A stretch of DNA of 58,970 nt, the filler included, from Sphacelaria rigidula (taxonomy: Eukaryota): the NCBI GenBank assembly GCA_964200075.2. It is 10 parts of 10 records of this genome, joined end to end, with 100 filler letters (N's around TTAATTAATTAA, not from the genome) between each part and the next. Parts side by side here need not be neighbours in the genome. Positions count along the whole stretch, not along the records: positions 11,816 to 17,622 come from CAXNAA020024310.1; positions 17,723 to 23,529 come from CAXNAA020024311.1; 8 more parts are not named here. One strand, written 5' to 3'. Within the stretch, counting starts at the first letter, position 1. Every line of letters starts with the position of its first letter. Position numbers and translations under genes: made by a program. The notes under the pieces were generated by a model, which was given only the letters and a program-made list of their open reading frames with translations, was not told where the DNA came from and searched no databases. Shown here piece after piece: positions 12,230-23,529 of the stretch.

Positions 12230-12850
12230 CGAGCTGAGCCACCTCAAAAGCGGCTAAAAGTTGCCTACACTACAGCTTTGCCAGTTTCCCGAATGAACCC
12301 CATGTAAGGTGACCACTGTGAACTGCAGACCCATCTGATGACAGAGGACTGCGTCGCTGCTCGATTGGCGTCGTATTGCCGATGACGTTACTGTACTGCA
12401 TAGAGTACGGGGTGGGTCTGATATCGTTGGGCGATTGCGCGTGCGCGGAGTGCGTCTTTTTTTTTTTTAATGCGGTGGGCTCACGTCAGCAATCACCCCG
12501 CACTGGGTATGTGTGGGGTGCAACAGCGTCACGCAAAACGTTGCACGCACGGCCCAATCCGACGACCCTTGAGCTAGAATTTCACGAAGACCTTCCGCAC
12601 TCAGAGAAGTAATACATCCCGGGGGCAGCTGTCGATTCTCATTTTTTTCCTAAACGAATGACATTATCTGGTTTCTGCTGAAATTTGAAAATCCCCATAA
12701 CTTCTATTTTTTCCCCTTTTTTTTCTGCTCTCGAAATGTTCTGCATGTCGAGCATAACACCTGCTGTCAAAATTTCAGCGTCCAACTCCTAATTTTAGGC
12801 CGTGTATCGCCGGAGCGAGAAAACTACCCATTGTTGGCTGGCCCAGCTCG
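12230..12850. mobile_element. Tc1/mariner-type MITE with TA target duplication
   Basis: TA|CGAGCTGAGCCA ... TGGCCCAGCTCG|TA (11/12 inverted match). The same terminus followed by TA ends at 18604 and 47319. Confidence 0.65.
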
Positions 12851-13599
12851 TATGGCCGAAACGCCTGCATGGCACAGGATTCATGCCATTGCAGAGGGAT
12901 GAAGCGCGTAATATGCATTTGTATGTTCAGAAATGCAGGACGAAGTTGGCACGGTGTTCTTGGAGCCGGCAGTACCGTACTGACTGTACGACGTGAGCCA
13001 CCCCTCTGCAGGGCTGGGAAATCCGAGACCCATCGGTGAAAATTGCGTATTATTCTTTATCGCATACTGAGAGCAAATGAAACGAGAAAAAAAACTGCAG
13101 AAAGTCGATCAAGTGTATCTGGGAAAAAGCTCAAGATATTCACTTGGGGGCCTTGCCCACAAATACCGAAAGTTGGTTGTGATGGACGAAGAGGACAGCA
13201 CCGGCCCCCGTCGCGGTTAGTCTGTCGTGATGCCCTGTTCAGAGCTTGTGGTACTGTCTGTGAAGGTAAGTTACCCCCTGCCGGAACAGCTTCACAGCGG
13301 CCCTTAGCAAAAGGCACTGTTGTCTTAACTCGGCTGTGCGGCCACGTCTGCCGCGATACGGTATATACATTCTGAGGGCGGCAACCTCAAACTTATGACG
13401 AAGCCTGGATGGTGCTTGTTGCCGCGGTGCTGTAAAGCATCGACCGATAAGCGGGCCGAGTTAAACGACGATGCTACCAGGATCTGCCGCTGCCTGCGCG
13501 CTGGTTTTGTGTTGTACCCTCTATTATAGTTGACATGAGATATGGGAAAATGTTCCCAAAATAATTCAGTGTTGCACCCCAAAAAAAGTTCGCAACAGC

Positions 13600-14110
13600 A
13601 TCCGAGATATTTTTGCCCCACTACGCACGCACACAATGCGCAACCCCAGATTCAGCAACATCAAGTTGTTGTCTGTTGTCTACATGATATGTGGTCCAAG
13701 TTTCAGCGCGCAAAAGCACTGACAGCGCTTTCCCGGCCGTGCCTCCTGAAGAGGGCACCTCTACAAGCGATACCAGGATGGGTACCGCGTAGAACGACAT
13801 CATCCAGAGTGTGTTCAATACGGCTCGGTGTTTGTTTGTCAGGGCAGGAGCCACCCAGCAGGTCATGATGTGGAAGTGAGCGTATCCGCGTGTCAACATA
13901 TGGATCCACTGACGTCCCACGCTGTCTGGGCGGCGGAGACGCCGTTTTGAGAGCATATCCATGGTATTGCTCAAATTCTGCGTTTGTTAGGGTGCGTCGC
14001 TTACGCACCCCCCAACACGTGCCGCCGAACTGGGAATATGCCGTGTATGTTGTGGTCCATCTTTGTGCCAAATTTCATGCCAGTCCCTCCAGACACGGCG
14101 GAAAAATCCA
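13600..14110. repeat. Old dispersed repeat shared with ~24440-24960
   Basis: Colinear blocks, e.g. ACATGA(T/C)ATGTGG...AAGTTTCAGCGCG and GCCGTTTTGAG.G.ATATC. Confidence 0.7.
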
Positions 14111-14315
14111 CAGGCAAAGTGAGGCACAGGACCCATACATGGGGATGATTTTGTAGTGAATTAAATTATTTGGGCGAAGCGCGATTATGGCCGAGCATTC
14201 AAGATCGGCACCGGGCAAACACTGAGGAACCGTTTGAAATCATGCCTGCACAGGCACCCTGATACTAGTACCCGGTACCGGTATGTGGAACATGAACATC
14301 TCACACCCTACCGAT

Positions 14316-14701
14316 ACGGGTCCAATCGTGTATTTACAATGATCATGTCTACGACACCCAAGATACCACGGTATTTCGAGGTTTCAAGACCTATCATCCC
14401 GTTCGATCGGGTTTTTCGAATGGCATACGTACGATACCCACGATACCACGGTATTTCGAGATTCCATCACCCACTGTACCCGCTCAATCGGGTATTTTCA
14501 AATGCAGTACTTACGATACCCATGATACCACGGTATTGCGATAATTCGACAACTACCCTACCCGCTCAATCAGGTATTTTCAAATGCGATACCTACGATA
14601 CCTACGATACCACGGTATTTCGATATTTCAATACCTACCATACCCGCTCAATCAGATATTTTCAAAACTCATACCTACGATATCCACGCAAACCACGGTA
14701 T
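14316..14701. repeat. ~82-bp minisatellite, 5 units
   Basis: CCCG(C/T)TC(A/G)ATC starts at 14398, 14479, 14561 and 14643. ACCACGGTAT occurs in each unit. Confidence 0.92.
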
Positions 14702-15126
14702 GGGATACCCCGGGAAATACCGAGGATATATCCGGTAAACACCGGACACGATGCGATCCCCACGGTGCAGCAGCTGGTCCAAAATTACGCGAAGGCCAGA
14801 AGTTGTCAGAGCAGGTACGTATTGTTTTCACTAGTAATATATACCCTGATTCCCCCGATTCTTCTGTTTGGATCATTTCGAGTGAACTTATTATTATGTA
14901 GTCTGATTATCTGGGTAAATGGATATAAATATTTTATCATCGTTACGGTGCTGAACACTGTTTCATCGTTCATGTCGAAGATGATCATCATACTCAATAA
15001 TATTCAACGTGCGAACAAGCAGAGAGAAGGAAACGAGAAGGAGGAAAAGCATAAAATAAACGTGAGGGGTCGCAGGAGGCATACAAAATAGACAACAAGG
15101 TACCAAAATGCCAAATAAATAACCGC

Positions 15127-15159
<33 letters not shown>

Positions 15160-17396
15160 TACCGTTATTACTGCGCCATTTCTGTGGTATGGCATGAACA
15201 CTACCTCTTGCCTCTGTACTTCAGCGCTCATCTCCCACTCCAAATTCTTTTCATGTCTGCCATTCCGGCGACAGAATGTCGTGGCCGGCGCACGTTGTGC
15301 ATGCGCCGCTGTCATGCACACAGCATCCGCGACACACCTTCGGCGATGCAAACGATGTTTTCTCTCTGTCTTCAATATTTCATTGCGCTCACCATGTCCG
15401 TGCCGCCCCCGTCACCTCTAACCCTTGACTACCTGTGCAGGCGGCCTTCAGGCTAAGTAAATCGCTCGGAGCACATGGACGGAGGGTGCAGATACCTCGG
15501 CGGGACTGTTTCACCGCGGCATGCCCCGTTCTGTGGGAGAGATTCCGTCGGCGGTTCGCGAGGCTTTCGCCTGGCTGTGGGATAGGGGGTCGTGTGGATT
15601 TGCCAGGCGTCTACGGAAAGCCTCCACGCTTTTGGTGTGAAGATATAACAACTACGTGATGAATGGACGGAGGGGGCGGGGGCGGGAACTTAAAACTCAC
15701 TTTGGATCCAGGATAGTCTGCCCCGCCAGAAGTTGGGGTGACGGTTCCCACCCGCCCGTCACGACGAATCATACATCCTTCTGTGGTCGTGGTGAATTCG
15801 TCGTTTCCACATGTCGGCGCCGACGCGTTGTGGTGTTGAGGGCAGCAGCGAACCGTGAGGACGGCGGCTGTCGGGGTTTGCGGATGTGTTGCGCTCCATG
15901 CCGCGGTATGGATTCGTGTGATGAATTTGGCGCACATCGCACGAAAGGTATCCCTGTTAGGCCCACTGAGTCGCGGACCTGGGTCGTGGGTTCTGGGTAC
16001 GAGGCACCTCGTATTGCGTGGTTCAGTTTTTCTTCATGGCACGTGTGTTCGGCGGGCTGATTTGTTGTTGCCATCCTTCTCGGCTTTCCTCGTATTTTGT
16101 AGCCTTCCTCCGTGTGTTCCTCGTTGTCGGTGTCTGTGATTGTAAGTGTAATATCTCGGCCTCTTGGGGGCTGGGGGTGTGTGCTTCACATACCTGTGGT
16201 GATGAGGTCTACACATATGCTTCGCCTGTGATCGTTTGGGTTTTTGGTCTTGTGTTTTTTTTTATTCCTTCATCATAGGGCTTGGGTTTCGGTGCACGAT
16301 GATACGCGCCGAAGCGACGGCGCAGAGACCGTTTGTTCAACGACGACGTTTTTGCGTTGCCTCTGCTTGATCCTTGGAGGACCTGTGCGAATTTTTCAGT
16401 AGCAATCGTTCCACGGGTCGACCTTCTTCATTTGTGCACTTTTGGCATCCGATTGCTCTCGTACTGTGCTTTGCTGCGGCACGCACGCAGGGCCACTGTC
16501 TCTCCACCCGGCGGTTACTCCGCCGACGTGCGAGTGGTCCAGACGCGTGTTCAGATGTTTTCATAGATCGGCTTCTGTGAACTCAAAAATGACGGGGGTT
16601 TGAGTGGTTGGCGAGAGTCCGTCTCACCTTTGAAGCTCTCCACTCATCGACTGGCGACAACCGGATGCCTTGTGCCCGGTGGGCGACTCTTAGACATGGA
16701 TGATGTGGATCATTCTCGGGTATGCATCGATGGGGCTTAGTGTGCCGGCTTGTTGTCGGCTGTGCATTATTCTGGTGTCGGTGCAATTCGGCGCCATATT
16801 ATCACGCCGTGGGAGGTACCTCTCATGAAAAATGCCCCGCTCCTCCCTGACGACTAAACGCAAGCAAGAAATGAGAACCCGTCCCCCGCCGGCGAGGGGG
16901 TCCCTCGTTGTCATAAGGAGACTTGCCTTCATTCTACATAATGATTTCCCCGCGGTGGTCAAGGTCTCTAATCCAACGAAAAATTATGGTCATAGCGTCA
17001 GCCATCTTGCCCGCAGAAATAATTGCATATTTGAACTGAATCAAACGCGCATAGCGAAAAGCAGATTCGAGAAAATTAGCGTCGCGGAGACCACCCCGTT
17101 CTATTTCCACCCCGTTCTATTTCAGAAGTATCGGTGACATAAAACAGGGGGTTTGATAAGTTGCGGGAGCAGGTATCGTTGAGGATGGGTCGTGGGAACC
17201 TGCATAATAATCGCAGTCATCATAAACTACGTGCTAATGCACGCTCCGGTCGCGATATGGCGATTTTTCATCTTGGAAGTGAAAGCACCATCCGCTATTC
17301 CTGAATTCCCCTTCTACTCGGAGGTTATGAACATCGGGGTGGAGAATGCCTGTCGGGAAATGAACGGGTGTCGAAATGATTTGGAATTAGAAGAGA

Positions 17397-17473
17397 TATC
17401 TCAAACTCGAGGTCCCTGGTATATTTCAAAGTAATTTACAGTCAAATATACCGGGAACCTCGAGTTTGAGATA
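17397..17473. repeat. Near-perfect hairpin (~30-bp stem, ~17-nt loop)
   Basis: ATCTCAAACTCGAGGTCCCTGGTATATTT ... AAATATACCGGGAACCTCGAGTTTGAGAT. Confidence 0.9.
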
Positions 17474-18303
17474 CTGGACCTCTGGAACATGGGTTTACAC
17501 ATTGCCAGTGTTATTCCTTTTCAATATTATGGAGGCGGTATTTTTGGAGATTAGGCGCCCCAACACAGTACACCAGGCGTCTGACGATACTGAAACTTGA
17601 CGTATGTGTGGACTGAAGCCGCNNNNNNNNNNNNNNNNNNNNNNNNNNNNNNNNNNNNNNNNNNNNTTAATTAATTAANNNNNNNNNNNNNNNNNNNNNN
17701 NNNNNNNNNNNNNNNNNNNNNNATGAAACCCCCGATGGATGCATTCAGCGGATGACGACTAATTTTGATGTGGACATTCTCTTGAGCAATGGGAGACGAT
17801 AGATACCCTCACCTTAACCTAACTCGTTATCTATCCCGAGATACTAGAATCAATATATCACAAGCAGAGGCACTAGATGCCCTTGATCTGGACATGGCGT
17901 CTCATTTTTTGAGGGTTGTTCGATCAAATATCGTTTAGTAGACCTCTAGTGCATAATGAAAAAAATGAAAACGGCTCGCTACCTTTTCTCATTTTTTTTT
18001 TCACTTCTCTTCTTGTTTCTAGTGGAGATTAGACGAGAAATGAAGTACAAACGTGTGCCGAAAAAAATGGGCCTCCATTTTTTTAATGGAGGTTCGGACG
18101 TTCTCGTGAAAAAATGGTCTTGACCGTAGTAGAACGCCTTGAACCAGTAAAAAAAAATGAAATAAATCGACCTAACCCGCTTTTTTTTGTCAACTATGCC
18201 TTCGAGAGCGCCCACACCAAATTTCAATACACGAAAACCAAACGTAGGCAGGTGAGTGGCCTGCGAAATACTGTTCCGAATTTCCACCCACTCGGTTTTT
18301 CAT

Positions 18304-18604
18304 AGGCCCATGCTCTCTTATGCATTTAAAGTTGGGCCCTGAAATTTGGTATGGATAGTGAATAGGCCATGAAAAAAATTTCTTCGGTACCAAAAGTGTT
18401 TTTTTTTTATAAATTGGGGGCAATAATCGGTTTTCAGGTATCAGTAAAATGCCCCTAACTCATGAAGAAAAAATATGATACCGAAGTAATTTTTTTTCTT
18501 ATGCCTTATGCATTGTCCACACCAAATTTCAGGGCCCAACTCTAGATGTATAAAAGAGCATGGGCCTGCAAACTTCAAATCCGCCTCTAGGCTGGCCCAG
18601 CTCG
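18304..18604. mobile_element. Foldback (~120-bp arms, 18304-18567) next to a CGAGCTG-family terminus
   Basis: AGGCCCATGCTCT..GTTGGGCCCTGAAATTTGGT is inverted at ACCAAATTTCAGGGCCCAAC..AGAGCATGGGCCT, followed by GGCTGGCCCAGCTCG|TA. Confidence 0.8.
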
Positions 18605-18783
18605 TAAACGGTTGACGTATGCGCCTCTGTTGACTGGCTCTGGTTGCTTCCACCACTCGTATCGCCGTCGTTAATTCATACTTGATATGATCGTATGTTT
18701 TCATCGCCCAAATCAGTCAAGCAATCACGATCCCGAGTTCTCAGGGAGTTGCAATATTTGTCCTTCGTCCGTGTGTTGGCTAG

Positions 18784-18855
18784 GCTGCCCATGCTGAGAT
18801 TCAAGAGCTCCAGAGCGCTTTGAAAGCTCAGGAGCGCAAGCTAGCCCTCCTGCAG
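18784..18855 (+). CDS. Coiled-coil protein, internal exon A
   Basis: TAG|...|GTGTGC boundaries, 72 nt, phase 0/0, AAHAEIQELQSALKAQERKLALLQ. Confidence 0.8.
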
Positions 18856-20105
18856 GTGTGCGTATGCTTGTGTGGTAGTTCTAAATCATGACATTACTCA
18901 GGGTCGATATGTGTAGTGTTTTTGATTTGCAGCTCTTTCGGGATGATGAGAGTGGATGCTTGTTTCTCATCACCGCAGCGTTCGTGTAGTTTGCACCACG
19001 TTCCCAGCTCATGTGTGCCAAGAAAATGTGATGTACCATGTCACCATGTTCCATGTACTTGTTTTGGATCACAATCATCACATCCCGAAATATTGCACGT
19101 ATATCTCAATGACGGGCTCAAATACACCAACACCACACTCCTGCCAAGAAGTCATCACACTCCTGCCAAGAAGCAATATCTTGAAGCAGTTGCCGACGCA
19201 AACCCCCTGAATTTTGTAGTGTAAAGATGGTATGTCTGTGACGGCGATGCTACGGGCCTCCATTTTCACTCCGGCTCAGTGCGTCCCAGCGCGTCAGTTG
19301 ACTGCATGATGGAGTTGCAACGCCTTGTACTGTATGATGCTGCATTTCCGTGGCCAAAGTGTACTCAGCAGAGGTGCAAATAGCAGAAGTTGAAGCCAAA
19401 ATACCTGTATCGTCTCGCAACTATTCCATATTTTTTTTTTTAAGTTTGTCAGTTTCATCAAGCACAATGCCACCCTTTTTATGTTTTTCCCCATTGTGGT
19501 GAGCAAATCTCAGGTACCTGGTGGTTGATATGTGTGGAGTGCCCTACGAAAAAAATGGTTGTATTCGTTTTCTTAGAAGTCAGTTATAAGGTGTAAAAAT
19601 TCAGCTGACATTTAGTCTCACAAGCAGTTTGCCTACGTGAAAAATAGCGCAAAGACGTCACGCCGTGCATCACTGTTGTTGTTGTTGTTGTCATCGGGTG
19701 CTGCACCTGAGAGCCGACCGTAGTTGACCCTATAATAGCGTCAAAATTCTAAACCGGTTCGAAATTCGAAGTTCGGTCTCACGTTCTCGTCTCGTCTCTC
19801 CGCCCCCATGGACAGGTATCCCATGACCACGTACGAAAGTGTCCTATGTGCTGACGTTTTCCGGGTCCTCAGAGTATGCCTCGCCGTTGTTCTCAATTTA
19901 GGAGCCTAAGCTTGCTCCAACGTCTCCCCGCCTAAATAAGGCAGTGGGGTCAGACGGCCAACTACTCGCGAAAGAGCGAGTTGTGTGTAGTCGAACTCGC
20001 CGTTGGACGGATCGAGGCAAGTTGTACAATGATCACATCTCCTCAAGATGTACCAATTCATCAATGTATCGATGTATCATTGTATTCCAACGTGTACGGT
20101 AACAG

Positions 20106-20222
20106 AAAGAGGAGGAAGGGCACAGCGAAGAGCTCTCCGCACTACGTGCCGCGAGAGATGAGCTCAAGTCCCAGCTTAAAGCCGCCAGGGCTCAGGCCAG
20201 CGAGAGCTCCTGCATCGTGCAG
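20106..20222 (+). CDS. Coiled-coil protein, internal exon B
   Basis: CAG|...|GTAATT, 117 nt, phase 0/0, KEEEGHSEELSALRAARDELKSQLKAARAQASESSCIVQ. Confidence 0.82.
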
Positions 20223-20847
20223 GTAATTGGTTCAGGTACTGGTCTTCACAGCAGTCAGTTGCTTTCGTGTGACATAACCCTGCCGTTCGTTTGACATCTC
20301 AGGAACATGCGACCATTGTAGACCCGCGAGAAATGCACAAAAATCTGACAACAGTGGAAATATTTGGCCAACTCGAGATTACCCGTCCTTGATTGTCAGC
20401 TCTCCCTGCGAAAGACCCGTTCACCCTTTACTCCATCAGGCAGCCTGTTACTCTCCTTTTGTTACGCCTTCTTCGATTTCGGAGCTACCATTCCACCCGA
20501 GTACTGTCGTGCTAATGCTTGGGACACTAAGTCCGCGCATCGGTCGAGAAACGGATATAAAATAGGCCTGTCCAATGCAGTGAGTGTTTACCAGCTCCGG
20601 AGGAAGGGGTCAGCAATTGTAGACGGGAGTCTGGGCTTGGCCTGATGTTCGTTTGCCCTCGCGTTGGACGTTCTCGCAGCTTTGTGGGAGTCAGTTTCCT
20701 CTCAAAATATCGCGTCTCACAAACACAGCCCGTATGCTTCAAGCGCCGAACAAATGCTAGATTTCGCCCAGTGGACTGATCACAAAATTGTTTCACGTTT
20801 AGGGTTCAGAGTGATGGCATACTCGGTACTGTCAGGGCCCTTGTTGA

Positions 20848-20947
20848 CCCCTCGACCGCGAGGGCAGTCCATCTGGACCATGCATAATTTTTTTCAAGTG
20901 AAAAATGATACCGATTCAGCGTGTGACCAACCGTCGCGGTCAAAGGG
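20848..20947. mobile_element. ~100-bp piggyBac-like MITE (same family as 1320-1417)
   Basis: TTGA|CCCCTCGACCGCGAGGG ... CCGTCGCGGTCAAAGGG|TTAA. The interior aligns with the reverse complement of 1320-1417. Confidence 0.75.
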
Positions 20948-20951
20948 TTAA

Positions 20952-21734
20952 CGAAGGGGATAATCCCCGTTTTCACCATCCCCTTTCGAGAGGGGATTGG
21001 TCCCACAACGACCAGTCCCCAGTCCTATCGACAAGCAGTTTTTTGTACAGATTGGAACCCAAATCTGCACGCAGGTTCAGGAACGCGGCGGGTCTGAAAG
21101 TGGTCGCAATTCCAAGCAGGTGTAAGGTCTGTAATGCTGCAGACAAGACGCGAGAAGGCAACAAAACACCTACACACCCAGCCTCGAAAAAACACGCCCA
21201 GGCACCCACCAATCACGCGCATTAGTTTCACTGCTGGCCCTTGCTAATCTACACACGGCAGTCTTTGTTTGACGGAAATCTATTCTGTATTGGACGAATG
21301 GCGGTCGCGTGCGTGTCAAAAACAAGCGAAAACGTGTCTTTGCTGACCGTTTTGTAAGCGTGTGCCGCGCGCGGGTCACACACAATCGTTTCTGAATGAA
21401 CTCTGAACAGATTTGAGCACGGTCACGCACGACTTGCACAGCTGATGAACAGCAAAATAAGCAGACTGTGCTCGAATCACGATGCCCAAGTTGGAGTTGC
21501 TGGCTTGAGCGGTGTGTTTTTGGTGTGCCGGGCCACAAAGTTCTTCAGGTTCAGCTGTGATTGTGTTGGGTTGTGTGGTGAGCCTCTGCATGTGCCCGTC
21601 AACGGGACATACACGTTCCCCTCCGAATCTGTGCACGTTAAGGGGATTTTTCGAGGGGAGGGGTGGTATTGCAGCGAACAGTCACGGGTCGTTTCTCAGA
21701 AAGGGGATTTTGAGAAAGGGGATCATCCCCTTCG
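20952..21734. mobile_element. 783-bp non-autonomous TIR element flanked by TTAA
   Basis: TTAA|CGAAGGGGATAATCCCC.. and ..GGGGATCATCCCCTTCG|TTAA, with imperfect TIRs of ~40 bp. Confidence 0.8.
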
Positions 21735-21950
21735 TTAAGAACGATCCTCAGTACTTTGCTTTCTCGTTAAGGTGATCCAAGCATGATACGCTGGAAGTCA
21801 GACAGTGTTGTGGACCTGTAGGTTGAGCAGTTGGTGCATACAGGCAAATGAACTAGTAGTTTGACAAGTAACCTGGGACGTGGCCATGTGTCGGAATATA
21901 GTGGAGTGGTCATTTCATCACTCCTATCATCATGGAGTTGGTCGTTATTG

Positions 21951-21983
<33 letters not shown>

Positions 21984-22345
21984 CATTGTGCACCGCCTTG
22001 AAGTGTTTGGACCTCCAGTTGCGTGGAGGTGCACTTGTCAGCAAATGTGGGGTGGGCAAAAGTAACAAGTTATTGGGGAAGCTTTCCCCACCATTTCACC
22101 ACCGTGACAATATCCTCCTCAAAAACGCAGAACAAGAGGAGGAATTGAGTAACCTGTAGTAGTTGCGAACAAATCTGTGTCGACCACGATACCCTTTATT
22201 TGTCACGCTTTTTGTTGATTCCGACCTCAACTATTCACCACTCCCCTCTCTCCACTATTCCTTGACACTACTCGTTCCCCGGTCTGTGTTCCCTTGCTTC
22301 GTTGTCCATGCTTTCCTCCATTCTGACTCTGTTTTTCTACTCCAG

Positions 22346-22403
22346 CGGCTAAAGGATGAACTCGAGAACATTGCGAGAGAAAGATCCGACGGTGGATGGG
22401 CAG
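22346..22403 (+). CDS. Coiled-coil protein, internal exon C
   Basis: Pyrimidine tract plus CAG, donor GTGCGG, 58 nt, phase 0/1, RLKDELENIARERSDGGWA. Confidence 0.78.
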
Positions 22404-22417
22404 GTGCGGTACCTTGA

Positions 22418-22830
22418 TCTTGCATGCGGTAGTCATATGACCGTTGACATCGCATCTTACAAAGCCTAGACGGAGCACACGGGGCTCTCGCTGGACCAGG
22501 CTCGCAATATATTCCCAAGCGCGAAGCGCCGTCATGTAATCGGCGAGTCGAATAAAGAGTGAGCTGCATCCTGCCAAGATTGTTTGGCCCGAAGCGCGCC
22601 GATTATCTTGCATTTGGATGAGTCTCCAGTGAGTTGCTCCATTTACTGGTATTGCCACATCCAGAGCATTGCTTGATGGGTTTCTCGTCATTGAAACACC
22701 ACGTCGTACGATCATCCCCCTTGCGCCTAGTTCGGATGCTCAACCCCGAGCAATATGATGTAGCTCGACCAGAATCATGGCGACCGCAAAAAAAACGGAA
22801 ACGAACAAACCCCGGCAACCTGGTTCCCTA
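22418..22830 (-). mobile_element. LINE 3' fragment (family B), intronic
   Basis: FVRFRFFCGRHD and CDVNGHMTTACK resemble the family A C-terminus (CVVNGHTTKAS). DNA homology to ~28741-28830 and ~6826-6870. Confidence 0.6.
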
Positions 22831-23100
22831 GCTTGCGTGGCGAGGGATATGTTTACGGTGTCGTTGCAAACCGACGCCAATCCTCTTCACTGCCTACCAT
22901 CGAACTGAGTTTCACCGACGAAACATTGTCGGTCGGTTTATTGACTAGTGCTTGCTTGTCACTTGAGATTCGTTGGCGCTCCAGTTTAGTCGCGTGTTTT
23001 TACTCGGCCATGCACTTCCCCTTCCCCGCGCCTCGCCCTCGTATAAATGTCTTCCCCCTCCTTGATGTTTGAACACATCGAACCTTTGCACGAACCATAG

Positions 23101-23380
23101 GCCAGCAGATACTTTCCTCCAGCATCCCCGTCGACAACGGCAATAGCACGAGCCGGAAACTTCCTCCCGCGCTGGATGCGTTCATCACTGAGTCCATCCC
23201 TTCCTCTCCTGCTTCAACCTCTGCGAGCGCTACCGGGGAACGTTTTGGGCAGCAACAGTTGCAGCTGCTGCCGATCAACGGTGATTCTAGAGACGGACTG
23301 CAGAATGCATTAGGAGTGGGGAAGGCAGGTGGCAGCAGTGCAGACACGGAGCTAATGGCCATCGCTGAGATGGCGAGGAG
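23101..23380 (+). CDS. Coiled-coil protein, internal exon D (low complexity)
   Basis: TAG|...|GTGAGA. Open in the phase required by exon C: GQQILSSSIPVDNG...DTELMAIAEMAR. Confidence 0.78.
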
Positions 23381-23420
23381 GTGAGATTTTTCAATGATCG
23401 CGCAGCAAGTTGAATCGATT

Positions 23421-23529
23421 CACGGTTAAGACAAATCATCACGACTCAAAATAACCAAATTCACGATTTTTTCGACCTGATTGCCCAAAAGGGAGAAAAA
23501 AGTTGATCGCAGGTCCAAGGGGTATCCAC
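23421..23529. repeat. CACGG-ended dispersed repeat, copy 3
   Basis: Reverse complement of 5388-5498, running into the contig end. Confidence 0.85.

Noticed and set aside
14316..14701. CRISPR array
   Set aside because: The 'spacers' are short and similar to each other, the repeats are degenerate, there are no cas genes, and the context is eukaryotic.
14234..15091. 285-aa ORF as a protein gene
   Set aside because: It is a translation of the 82-bp minisatellite plus AT-rich flank, with no recognisable domain.
15440..16960. Several overlapping 60-134-aa ORFs as genes
   Set aside because: No recognisable motif or consistent splice structure.
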